A DNA stretch of 64,000 nucleotides from NCBI RefSeq assembly GCF_027921745.1, contig NC_079239.1, forward strand, positions 1,426,001 to 1,490,000, written 5' to 3'. The position numbers and the translations under genes are program-made. The stretch comes from Schizosaccharomyces osmophilus (Eukaryota). Of this stretch, positions 11,299-22,804 are shown piece after piece. Each line of letters opens with the position of its first letter. Positions within the stretch are counted from its first letter, which is position 1. The notes under the pieces are model-generated. The model saw nothing but the letters and a program-made list of their open reading frames with translations. It made no database searches and was not told where the DNA came from.

Positions 11299-13572
11299 TT
11301 ACTGAGGAGGCACATCATCGATCCTGCCCAATTGCCATTTTATCAGTCTATAAAAATTACTTCCCGGCTGAGAGAGTTCTTCGAATTTCCCTTGTTCAAG
11401 GATTTTACCATCGCCAATGACTAAAATTAAATCAGCACTTCGTATGGTAGCTAGCTTATGAGCAATAGTTATTGTAGTCATGTTTCGATTATGCATCAAG
11501 GATTGAATAGTACGATTTACCATTACCTCTGCTTCACCATCCAAAGCAGAAGTGGCTTCATCTAATATTAAAAATGCAGGAGTCCGAAGAAGTGCTCTGG
11601 CAATTGCAATACGTTGTTTTTGTCCTCCGCTGAGCTGCAGCCCACGCGTACCGACTTCAGTATCCCAAGTATCTGGAAAAGAATATATAAACCCACAATC
11701 AGCACGTAGAGCAGCAGCTTCTATTTCCTCTTGAGTTGCATTCGGATTTCCGTATGCAATGTTATCTCTGATGGTACCCGTAAAAAGAACCGGTTCTTGT
11801 CCTACAACACCAAAGTTACGACGCCATTGTTGTACATTGAAGGTAGAAACGTCGGTTCCATTAGCTAAAATTCTTCCAGAAATAGGATCATAAAATCGCA
11901 AAAGAAGCTGAGAGACGGTTGATTTTCCACCACCACTAGCTGCTACAATGGCTATGTTCATACCAGGTTGTATTTCAAAGGAAAGATCCTTGAAGATAGT
12001 AGATTTTGGCCTCGTAGGATAAGCAAAACCGACGTTCTCAAAAGTCAACACTGAGTTTCGAATGGTACTAGGAACTGGTGTTCCAGTGGAAGGTACGATT
12101 TTAGGGACACTATCCAATAAGTCGAACAATCGACCGGCTGCACCTAGACCTTTCATTATGTCTGTAAAACACCCAGAAAGACCAATAATGCTTCCTCCGG
12201 CGTAAACAGTATAAAGTAAGAAGGAGCTTAGTTGGCCTACTGTAATGTGACCGGCCGCAACCATATTACCACCCAATGCAAGTATAGCAATAACGGTTGC
12301 ATTCCCACAAAAACCCGTAGAACCGAAAAAAACACCACTGGCCAAGGCCTCTTTCCGGGCAAGGTTGAAGAGATTACGGATATAATTATTAAAACGGTGG
12401 ACCTCCTGACGTTCTCCCAAAAATGCCTGGGTAGTACGGACATTTGCGAGTCTTTCCTCTGAGACTCGTGTCAGATCACCTAAAGCATCCTGAGTCTTAC
12501 GAGATAGTTTCCTAACATATTCTCCGTAAAAGAAAGCACCTAACGCTATTGGAGGAACAATTAGAGACATATAACCAGTAAGTGTTAAAGATGTATACAA
12601 CATCATAGCAATGCCAGCGACGGCACTGACAGTACTTCTTAATCCGTCACTAAGATATGTGGAGAGAGATTTACCAACGATGCTACTATCGGTGGTTAAG
12701 CGAGAGATGATATCTCCATGCAAGTGTGAATCAAAGAAACGCCCGTCTAAACTGAGGCATTTAGCAAAAAGCCGGGAACGGAGACGAGAAATGATGTTTT
12801 CACTTAGGAGTCGAAGTGTGAAGATCCTGCCAAAATTACAAGCAGAACCAACCAAAAAGAGCCCCAGTAAACCCATATAAAAAGTATTAGAAGGTATCCC
12901 CATGATTTCTGTAAATCCGCTTTCAACACTGCTTGATCCAGCATCCACAATCTTGCCTACGGCATATGGGATTGACATAGAAATAGACGAGGAGATTAAC
13001 AGGAGTGTTGCAGCTAGGGAAAATTGCTTTCCTTGGCCTTTAGCAAGGACGAGGATATTCCAAAAGGTTATTTTTCGAGGCTCCTGGGGGGTTTTAGGAT
13101 CGGAATTCTCTGAGGATGAATTAATGCTTTTCTTCTGCCCTTCCAATTTTGATCCATGGGATGAGTTACCTAGATTCGGGGAATTATTCTGAAGCTGTGG
13201 ATCAACTTTTTTAGTAGCTGCAACATGTGAATCGCTCGAACCTTTAGAATCAGACGAAAACGACGAGTTTTTTCGAACACATATAGTGGGGATACGTGGA
13301 GGATAAATATGACATGAAGGAAGAGAAGGATATTGGTGACAAAAACTTTTGCAAGAAGTAAAGTCTCTTTTCGTATGGGAAGGTTTTTTGGAGTAAGCTG
13401 ACGCAAGGAAAGATTGGGTTACGAACGAAGCATGATTTGTAGGAGAAAACTTCGTCGGGACCGATAGCTTGGAGCAAGAACCCGCTTGGAACTGGCCAAC
13501 ATAATTTAAGAGAAACTTGCTATGGAACCGACGAGGGTGTATTGCATTTTTACGAATAAGGTCGACAACCAT
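11299..13572 (-). CDS. mdl1: Mitochondrial peptide-exporting ABC half-transporter (Mdl1/ABCB10)
   Basis: Long presequence, TM domain, Walker A-like ASGGGKST, signature LSGGQKQR, Walker B ILDEATSALD. Confidence 0.93.
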   Translation of the reverse strand: MVVDLIRKNAIHPRRFHSKFLLNYVGQFQAGSCSKLSVPTKFSPTNHASFVTQSFLASAYSKKPSHTKRDFTSCKSFCHQYPSLPSCHIYPPRIPTICVRKNSSFSSDSKGSSDSHVAATKKVDPQLQNNSPNLGNSSHGSKLEGQKKSINSSSENSDPKTPQEPRKITFWNILVLAKGQGKQFSLAATLLLISSSISMSIPYAVGKIVDAGSSSVESGFTEIMGIPSNTFYMGLLGLFLVGSACNFGRIFTLRLLSENIISRLRSRLFAKCLSLDGRFFDSHLHGDIISRLTTDSSIVGKSLSTYLSDGLRSTVSAVAGIAMMLYTSLTLTGYMSLIVPPIALGAFFYGEYVRKLSRKTQDALGDLTRVSEERLANVRTTQAFLGERQEVHRFNNYIRNLFNLARKEALASGVFFGSTGFCGNATVIAILALGGNMVAAGHITVGQLSSFLLYTVYAGGSIIGLSGCFTDIMKGLGAAGRLFDLLDSVPKIVPSTGTPVPSTIRNSVLTFENVGFAYPTRPKSTIFKDLSFEIQPGMNIAIVAASGGGKSTVSQLLLRFYDPISGRILANGTDVSTFNVQQWRRNFGVVGQEPVLFTGTIRDNIAYGNPNATQEEIEAAALRADCGFIYSFPDTWDTEVGTRGLQLSGGQKQRIAIARALLRTPAFLILDEATSALDGEAEVMVNRTIQSLMHNRNMTTITIAHKLATIRSADLILVIGDGKILEQGKFEELSQPGSNFYRLIKWQLGRIDDVPPQ

Positions 13573-14453
13573 TGGCTTTATGCATCAAGACAGGAAGAGT
13601 TTCAAACACCTGGATAAAACACTTAAAAAGATGAATAAATCGGAGTTTAATCTACCCTTTACAGATGAATTTCCTTGAATAACAGGTGCAGAGTTCCAGT
13701 TCTTACACTTGACAGAAGTTGTGGTAAAGATGTAATTCAGCAATCGAGCTTGGATTCATAAAAATTGTTGCAGGTTCATTGAATGGACTGTACGTAGGGA
13801 TACAAACAATACGAATGCTAATCCGTTTGTTTTCTTTACTTTCAGTGATCACGCATTCGTTCATATCTGTAGAGACCAAATTCATACTATTTAGGCATAG
13901 TTCCCGTCTTCCTACCAAGCATGTAAATCTAAAGGTCATTTTCTATAAAAATACTATACTATTTTGTATTTCAAATGAATGCTGAGAACCATTTTCCTTA
14001 ATTTACATTTTCATCAATTAACGGTTGAAAAATCCATGCCCATTATCGGTTGACTAAAATAGACTATTAATTAAAAAACTCGAAGCTCTAATTCTATGAA
14101 TATAATTTAATAAGTCTTGGCTTTTTTTCGAAGACTTTCTTTCGACCTTGCCTTACCATTTCTAGATAAATCTTTTGTATATACTCCAATACCCAAATTT
14201 GATGACAACCATCTCAATCATATCCAAGGGTCGAATATATTAAATAAGAAAATATCTAGAAACCTTTTCCTTGCAATAATTACTTTGAACACTTGAAAGT
14301 CGTTCTTATACAGGCTTGTTTGTAATTGTTGCTTCTTTTACGTCTTATAAAAGCCCAAACGGAAACAGTGCCAAACATTAGTACAAAAGAAAAATCCATC
14401 ATTTGTTCTTTGTGGTTTTAGCATTACATTTGCATTTGTTATTTTAGTGTACC

Positions 14454-16223
14454 ATGGCAATCGACTATAGTAAATGGTATGAAGTGAGAAGACAAGACAA
14501 ATATGAAGCAATATTAGAACGAATATGTTTTAAACTGGGACTGAAAAGACTAACATATTTGCAGGGACAAACTTGAGTTGAGCGATGACAGGTAAGTATG
14601 ATCGTCCTTTCTTTTATAAGCAATGCGATGATTGTTCATGATAGAGAATGCCAAGCCTTGATTTGATTTTATGGAAATAGCTTTCAAAATCGACGCTAAT
14701 ATGCTGCAATTTATATCATGAAAGGCGCTTATGGGGGAGAGGTTTATTCTTTTCTAAACTTACTAACAATTTTTAGTGATATTGAAGGTTCGTTTGCGTT
14801 TGACTTGGCCAAGTTTAGTATTCTAATCCTTTCTAGTTCATCCCAATGTTGATAAAAAATCATTTATTCGCTGGCGCCAACGCGACATTCACGAGAAGCG
14901 TTCTATAAGGAAACAAAAGATGGAAGATATTAAGAGTGCAGTAACAATAAATCAAAAACTAAAGGATCGTATTGCTCAAATGTATTCCTATCTTCAAAAG
15001 GATTCCCCTTCGGAACCTTTGCCTTACCTTTCTTCATTCTTGCAATCTAAAAGACAAGAGGATTCCGAGCAGGCTATAGAAGGAGGCATGTCTTATCATC
15101 AGATGTTGGTTGCCCTTTTGGATTCCATTAACAAGTCTATTGAAGAGGAACAAAATACTTCGTTAGGCCTTACCGAGCAATATATCAAGCATCTTCAAGG
15201 TCATGAGAAACGCCTTGACAATTTGATGATTAATGCCCAGAGAGAATACGATGAACTTGAATCTGAGAGCAAAAAGCATATTACTTCAGAAGATTTGCAC
15301 ATCGGATTTGACAGCACACATGTCCAAAAGAAAGAACAAGAAAAGAAAAAGAAACAGAAAGAACCTGTTCAGGTTATCGAATCTCTTAATGATCCTAGCC
15401 CATCTTCTCTCCAAGAAAATGCCTCCCCAGCTCAGTCTTCATCTGTCGCTGCTAATACCGATGAAGGAGAATCTGATTCGGATAGTGTTTCAATGTCTGT
15501 TGAGGGAAACAAATTTTCTCAAATTGCTTTCGGTGATTACGTTGCTTCTGAGTCTTTCTTAAAGGATCATCTTCATTTACTAGCTCAGGAGTCAGAATCG
15601 GATTCAATTTTGCTTGAGGCATTCAACGCTGAACTGGAGGGTAAGCCCTGGTTAGCTAAGCAATTTGTCCACCAAGCATTATTGCTCAATTATTGCCGAC
15701 AACTTGGCCCTGGTGGAATCACAATATTCTTTCAACGGTATGGTTTTATTTGCTTTACGAATTCTTTAATTAAAGCAAAGCTAACGAAATATATAGTGTA
15801 CAAGATCCCAATCACCAAGCTCGTCGCTTGTTCTTGGAGGATGTTCAAAATACATATAGCCGTATTCATGAACGTAGCCACGCTATGGCAAATGAACAAG
15901 CTCAAAATGGAGAAGGTGTTGAGCAAATTCAACTCTGTTCTGTGGATCCGAATACCAAACTGTCTATAATAATTCCGGAGAAAGGCGCCGCAGAACCTGA
16001 GATGAAAGCTGCGCGAGTGACTTTTGAGTCATTTCCCCCTAATCTCCAAAAGGCTTTGGAAACTAACAATCTCGATAAAATCAATGCTGTCCTTGGTAAA
16101 ATGTCCGTTGAAGATGCAGAAGAGGTTGTTGAAAAACTTAGCAGCACTGGCATGCTTAGTATTGAAGAAGGAATAATAGATACCACTAAAGGTGAAACAA
16201 TTCCCCAATCTACCATTGAATAA
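14454..16223 (+). CDS. cdc37: Hsp90 kinase co-chaperone Cdc37, multi-exon with 27-nt and 11-nt micro-exons
   Basis: Spliced N-terminus MAIDYSKW|DKLELSDDS|DIEV|HPNVDKKSFIRWRQRDIHEKR; micro-exons 14565-14591 and 14777-14787; last intron near 15737-15797. Confidence 0.96.
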
Positions 16224-16388
16224 GCTCCTACTACAGTTAGATATCAATCCGATTACTCAGCCATATCTTATGATCAATAAAATTTGAATTTAAATTCGTT
16301 ATCGAATACGGTGTAATATCTCTACAATTAAATAGATTATTTAGTCCTTTTATTCTTTTTTTTTGCTACATTAAAAATATATCTAAGC

Positions 16389-17862
16389 TCATATTAATTG
16401 AATGGAGGCCATTAAAGCAACATGGTCGCTAGGATATCTACCCTCTAGAGGTTCGGCCTCTTTCATTTCGGCTGGTTTAGGAATTCTAAGTAAACTTTTT
16501 AGCTTAATGCCTTCAACAACTTCATTTGCAGTCTTTTCGCTTGTGGAATTTCGATCCATAACAAATATATAGTCCAAATGACCTTGGTAAGTATTTGCCC
16601 AATTCGTAAAAGCAGGATGCTCAAATGCATTCTTTGCATTTACTGGATCGACGTGTTTGTAACCATAAGAATACAAGCTAACAAGTCGAGGATTCTGCTG
16701 GTGTTGCTCATAAAATGTGGTGTAATGTGGCACAAATTCATTCTGCACATGTAAAATTCGCTTTTTGGAAGGGGCAGATGCCGACGTGGTAGAAGTAGGA
16801 GTAGAAACACCACTTTCGGTATTAGTATCTGATTGCTTAATTGATGGTTGAGCCACAGCTTCTTCTTTTCCTTCTAATTCGGATTCGCCAAACACATAAT
16901 TCATACTGCGTTCAATAATGTCAGTAGCACGTCGACAAATAGCGAAAGGCTTCGTAGTCATTGCAGGATAATTTGTATCAAAAGGTTCTGTATTGAAATC
17001 GCCAGCGATGATTACAGGCCAATTTTGACGAGCATCGGCTATAGCGTTCACCTCCTTTACTAAGACGGCTCCCTGACGAAGTCGTTCGTATGAGCCATAA
17101 GGATGCCAAAATAGATGAGTAGTAGCAAGAAATATACCTCTGGAAGGATCATTAGTACGTTGTAATGAAACGCAACAGCCAATATTTTTTGTATTCATTC
17201 TTCCAGGTAATTCATCGTGATCGTCATAATAAATAACGTCCACTTTTAGTTTTTCAAACAGAGAGGTTTTCCAAAAAATTAAAATTCCATGTGTCTTTCC
17301 TTCAGCAGCTTGGAAGCTTAAGTCAAAACCCATGCTTTCCATCAGAGGTTTATAGAACGAAGGTATGAATTCAGCATCAACCTCTTGCATACAACCAATG
17401 TCGGGGGCATAAAATTTAAACTCATTTTCAAGGACCTTTGATCGATTCTTCCATTTCAAGGTTTCTCCACTATGAGGGAACATGGAGCGACGAATATTTG
17501 TCTGAGCCAGCACATTGTAAGTCATGACTTTAATATCCACAGGTAATTTATTTTCATCAAAAGGAACGAAGTTTGGTAAAGGAAGCATGTCTCTTTTGAT
17601 GAAGTCGGTATTGAACTCACGAGGTTGATCTTCTTGAGGCACAGATTGCTTAAGAGTAGCCTTCTTTGCTAAACAAATGTTAGAATGAACAAGTATTTTT
17701 AATGAAAAGTTACTTCAACTAGTAAAACAAGTTCAAAAGGATTCGTGACGTACCCATCTTCTCTGCCTTTTTCTGACGCTGCAATTCAATATACTCAGGC
17801 GTTACAAAAGAAGGAACACCTTTTTTGGAGCCATTTTTTGTTTCTGGTTTCGAAGAAGCCAT
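16389..17862 (-). CDS. CCR4/nocturnin-family (Ngl-type) EEP ribonuclease, 2 exons
   Basis: TYNVLAQ, CMQEVD, TTHLFWHP, AGDFN, LDYIF, PSDHV; ATG 17862, intron 17753-17669. Confidence 0.92.
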
Positions 17863-18074
17863 GAGGATATTATTGAAAAAAGAATTTTTCCAAGTGGTGT
17901 GTGGTAAAGGTGCGACCGTTGCAGCTATTAAATTTGCAGATGGATAGGTTTCGATGAATTTTCTCAAGAAAAAGACACGAATAAGCATGAAAGACGGAAT
18001 CAACAGTTTGCCATCTTCACGCAAAGAAGAATGATCACCGTCCTTTCACGGTTTTGGAAGAAAAGGCAAATGGC

Positions 18075-18470
18075 TCAGCGAATATAACGTATACTTGCGT
18101 GTTCACTTTGATGTTTTCGATTTGCCTGTAAAAAGCTAGCCATAGGGACCGAATGAAATGGGTTCTTTGTTTTATTCTCTTCTGATGCTTCTTCCGTTCG
18201 AGGTTGAGATCCTTGCACAAAAGCAAAGTGATCGACCAAATCGTCCAAAGCCATATCCTTCCAAGCTGGTTCATGTCGCAGCTGCTTGCTTCTCATCAGA
18301 ATTAGATTCGCGCTTGAATGCTGAATTGTAAGTTCATCTTCTGGCATAGGAGGAAGGTATTCAAGTCGAACTTCTATGTCGTCAACGGGAAGCTTGTCTT
18401 TTCGCCATTCCGAAGCAAAAAGAACCACTCTTGGTTGGTTCATATGTATTTGACAATAATTAGAATCCAT
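18075..18470 (-). CDS. apc13: Anaphase-promoting complex subunit Apc13
   Basis: MDSNYCQIHMNQPRVVLFASEWRKDKLPVDDIEVR..HEPAWKDMALDDL matches recalled S. pombe Apc13; first ATG at 18470. Confidence 0.88.
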   Translation of the reverse strand: MDSNYCQIHMNQPRVVLFASEWRKDKLPVDDIEVRLEYLPPMPEDELTIQHSSANLILMRSKQLRHEPAWKDMALDDLVDHFAFVQGSQPRTEEASEENKTKNPFHSVPMASFLQANRKHQSEHASIRYIR

Positions 18471-19378
18471 TAGATCGGTTTTTGTAACGGTGGTTGTCAA
18501 TTATGAAAATGCTCACTTTTGTCGGAGGAATGGTTTTCTCCACTGCTGTAAACAAACGTTACGAACCTCTTTCTCCTGGCGGTCTGGGCTTTCAAGATTA
18601 TTGAAATGCAGCCGTTTTCGTTTTATCAAACTCTCTTTTAATAATAGAATTTTAACTCTTTAGAGTATGAGCTGAGCTTTTATCGACGAAACTTTTGCTT
18701 CACGTCTGCGATTACAACCAAACCAAACTTGGAAGCAAATATGGATAATTATCAAATTCTTTGAATTAAAATATACTTTTATCTGTCTTTCTACTCGTTT
18801 TCTTCTAGTCTTCTTAGACAAGGGTGTACCTTAATGTGAAAATGGCCTAGCTTGTCTTTTAGAAAAAGCATCCTTTCGCATGCGTAACTAAATAATCCCA
18901 ATAGATGCATCTTAAAGAGAATGTTTGTCTAGAACTCTTAACTGTAAAGGTTTTCTCAGAAGCAGTCAACTCTGCATCACTGACTAGTCATTAAGGATAC
19001 AGATGTTTATATATTCACCAATTCCCCTCTTAGATCTTCCTTTCTCTACATAAACAGATTTAGGAGTTGCGATTTATCAAACCCTAGTCTTCACTTTTTG
19101 GAACACAGCGGATTGTTTATTTACGTTTGGCTATTGAAATCCCCAGTTTGTTTACAGTATTGACTATATCTGTTTTCAACAAAACCATTCTGTTCATCGA
19201 CAAATCAATCAAAAAGGATCTTAAATTTTGTACTTTTCAAATAAATACCTTGAAAAAGCTCAGTTTCGACAATCGTCTCAATTATAACGATTTACTCCCT
19301 TCACTAATCCTACTGGTTGTTCATAAACTGAACCTATAAATATCTTCATACACTATACTTTTCGAAGCTTGCTTTAGT

Positions 19379-21364
19379 ATGGACTCTTACGTTTTGTCAT
19401 TCTCCGTTCCAGATCCATCTCCTCCACCTTCGGAAGAGACAGCTCTTTATGCAAGCAAATGTGATTTTTACGGAAAAATTCCTTACGAATGCATTAGAAC
19501 AACCGCCGAATTGCGCTGTACCGAGGCTCAGTCCATTTATCCCGTTACGATTAATCTGCATGCAAAGCACAAAACTCCAGACATAAGTGTTTCTCGTAAT
19601 GAGATAGTAATCGTCATCGCGGGCGCTTATGAATGTGTATATTCAGCCAAAATATACATTCTCCAGGCTCTTCCAAAGCTTATAACTAGCCGCATTTTGC
19701 TTGACGAGCCTCTCGAAAACCTCTTATTTGATGAAGAAGGGTTCATGTACGAAGACACAATAAAGCATTTTAATACAATCTCAGAACTGACCGGAGCCAA
19801 ACTATACCTTATTCACAGATCACTAAGTAGTGGAATAGAGGCTGAAGTAAGCACAGGTCGTGGGTTTAGTTATCGTCTAAACGAACAAGAAAGCTTCCGA
19901 CAAAAGCATTTGGAGTTTACACGTTTAGAATGTGGGAGAGAAGAAGAAGCTGATAGCTCTTATTTTGTCGTCTTCTACGGTGATTACTGTAGCGTTGAGC
20001 ATGCTCGTATTCGATTTTTAACTCTTCTTGATGAACTTCGCGGTCTTTCAATTTTAAGTATTCCCATCTCCGCTTCTTTTCAACCAATTCTTATGGGAAA
20101 GGCGTATTCCAGCTCTGCAGGGCTTAAAGCTACCGAAACGATGAACATATATACACTTCCGTTCTTTTCTGATATGCTACCACGATTGCCAAATATGCCA
20201 AAACTGAATTCATCAAAATTGATTATTGCTGGTGAATCAGAGAGCTTGAAGCGTTTGGAAGAAGCGTTCTATTATGCTGAAGAGCATTTGAAGGTCTTCA
20301 CTCACATTATGGAAGTTTCTTTCACGAAGCTTATTGAATTCTTAACGAATGAAGTTGACGAACTCCGACTTATTATGGAAGAAAATTCTTCTTTTCTAAG
20401 ATTTCCTGATTACTTTAAGGAGGGGAAGGGCTCATGCACAGAAAATTCGCAGATCAAGATTTATTCCTCAACACTTGTCAATGCAGAAAAAACGGCTCTT
20501 CGTTTGGCAAAATTATCAAGCAAGTATGTCGAAGGAAGAACAAAGTTTGACGTCCACGACAACGAGGAATTTTTGCGAAAGAAAGATTCTTGGAAAGACT
20601 TACCATTTCTTGAAAGGAATGCGTATAGTTCAAAATCATCCTCTGCCACTTCGCTCGTGAGTTCTTCTACGGAAGGTAACATTATCTCAACGAAATCACC
20701 AAGTAAGCTAGTGGTACCACCTACGGAATACATGCTTCAATTGGCAATTATTTCTATGGCTTCTGGAGTAGAGATGCTCTTAATGAGCAATGAAATTACT
20801 TTTTCTGGTCAGGAGAACACCACTCCTGTTGCTATGGAAAAAGCAAGCAAGGTTTTCCACAAGCTCGGATCTTCCCAATGGCATCAAATCCTTCTTGACG
20901 CACCAAGCAAAGACCTTGACTTCATATCTGGAAAGAAAAATGGGAAATTGGACAAAGTTAAACAGCAGTGCAAGTTCAATTATCGGAACGGTGATATCAT
21001 TTTCTGTCCGATGTCTTCAACTATATTCACAGTCGACATTTATGGAGATGAATTGGAAAGAGTTATCAAGGGAATGAATACTATGCTTCTTGAGTTTCCC
21101 GCGGAAATGCACTTTTTTATTCCAGAAGAGATACACAAGAAACTAATTGGTTTCCGCGGAGAGCAAATTCAAAGAGTGACGAAGCTATACAACAGTTATA
21201 TAGAGTTTTCGACCACTCCCTTCGATTGTTATGGACACAATGTCCTTATTCGAACACCTTCGAAGTTTTCCGAGAATTTATGGGCAGTACGGTCTTTGTT
21301 TGTCAAGACTGCGGAAGGTTTGGGTTACGGCGTTCCTAAATACTTATATGCTGTTCAAGTATAG
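19379..21364 (+). CDS. KH-domain RNA-binding protein (SPBC28E12.02-like)
   Basis: 661-aa ORF; C-terminal KH repeats (FISGKKNGKLDKV; HKKLIGFRGEQIQRV). Confidence 0.82.
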   Translation: MDSYVLSFSVPDPSPPPSEETALYASKCDFYGKIPYECIRTTAELRCTEAQSIYPVTINLHAKHKTPDISVSRNEIVIVIAGAYECVYSAKIYILQALPKLITSRILLDEPLENLLFDEEGFMYEDTIKHFNTISELTGAKLYLIHRSLSSGIEAEVSTGRGFSYRLNEQESFRQKHLEFTRLECGREEEADSSYFVVFYGDYCSVEHARIRFLTLLDELRGLSILSIPISASFQPILMGKAYSSSAGLKATETMNIYTLPFFSDMLPRLPNMPKLNSSKLIIAGESESLKRLEEAFYYAEEHLKVFTHIMEVSFTKLIEFLTNEVDELRLIMEENSSFLRFPDYFKEGKGSCTENSQIKIYSSTLVNAEKTALRLAKLSSKYVEGRTKFDVHDNEEFLRKKDSWKDLPFLERNAYSSKSSSATSLVSSSTEGNIISTKSPSKLVVPPTEYMLQLAIISMASGVEMLLMSNEITFSGQENTTPVAMEKASKVFHKLGSSQWHQILLDAPSKDLDFISGKKNGKLDKVKQQCKFNYRNGDIIFCPMSSTIFTVDIYGDELERVIKGMNTMLLEFPAEMHFFIPEEIHKKLIGFRGEQIQRVTKLYNSYIEFSTTPFDCYGHNVLIRTPSKFSENLWAVRSLFVKTAEGLGYGVPKYLYAVQV

Positions 21365-22804
21365 AAAAGAGCTTTGCAGCTGCCTAGTCTTTCGAAGCTT
21401 CATTTTTGGGCATTGAGTCCCATATTACTGATTTTGAGCCGATAACGAGCATTACAACTCCTTTTGTGATGGTCTCGTGTTATGATGTTTTATGATTATG
21501 AACTATTTTTTTATTGATTCTTCAATTTCCTTCCTTTTGGGACACGCATACTCTGTACTAGAGATTCCTATTCCCGGAGTTGATCGCTTCCTCTTTTTCC
21601 CGTGTTCGCCGAAAATCCTTGGAAATCAAGTAAGGTGAAAGTTATTCAGTAGTTAGATTTTCCAAATAAAATATAATATTAAGTTAACAAAGGAAGGGTA
21701 AGTGCTTTCGTATTCCTCAAAGAGTCAATTTGTATACGGACAGCCCTTCACCCGTACATCTAAGCTTTTGAAAAGCAACAATGGGTAAAAGATGTATCTG
21801 AAAGCCGTTAGAATGAAACAGATCATCAATGAAATACCATCTGCTCAGCAGAGAGCCAAATTCTTCCTTTGTAGTGCTACCCAAACGAATTCCAACTGCG
21901 CATGATTTACGGGATGAAGAACTTGCCCATTCTATGTTAGCAAAAAAGGGAATTTCTGTATACCACGCTGAGAAATGACTGGATTGAAGATGGTTTCCAT
22001 TTTACTGTTTTTACATGTCGCATTTGATGCAAAATCGGACATAGACTGTTCCTTGGCAACTACGCAGTAACAAATTTGTATGAATTTGACCATGTTCAAC
22101 TCTTCTATTAGCTGCTCCTTTTGCAAAATAAAAAAAAATACTATACCATGGCTTTACACTTTCGTTGTTTTTTCAATATTTGTCGTTGCGACGACTTGAT
22201 GAGAAAAAAATGCATGTGACGAGTTTGCTGCTGTACATGATTTTGTGAGCTTTTTCTACAAATTATAGAAGGAAGACATATAAAAAGAAAACCGCTGAGA
22301 ACTTTTTACGACCTAGCAATGTACCCTCGCTCTAATGACTTGATGAATCGCTAAAGAAACCTCGCATCAAGAAAGGTAAACTGAACTCTGTGTGAGGCAA
22401 ACAACCTTAGGGTACCCGATACCCTAGTCGTTTCATAAACAAATTCCACACTTCAACCATCCTTTCCCAACATTTTAGCCAGTGCTCTTTGGCTACGCAA
22501 ATGGTAATAAAATACTGAAAAAGGAAAAAAAAGTTTATATATACATAATACTATAAAAAAGCTCTTGTTTATTTTGTTCTAGTGGAAAGTTTGGTCTTAT
22601 TTATTTGTTGTCAATTACTTCTTTCTTTTTTGGTAAATTTCTGCGAGCTTTAAGGATTCTTTTTGTTTTGGTTCTGTTTTTGCCTTTGCCCTAGCCTTTG
22701 GTTTTTTTGTTTTTCTGTTTGCTTTCCTTTGACTCGTCGCTCTTTTCGCGTATTGATTCGTTCTTTTCTTTTGTATACGTTTTTCCCTTTAGAAATTAAC
22801 TAAA

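Noticed and set aside
22405..22430. TAGGGTA..TACCCTA inverted repeat with a telomere-like TTAGGG
   Set aside because: Single short unit; at most a promoter motif, with no repeat array.
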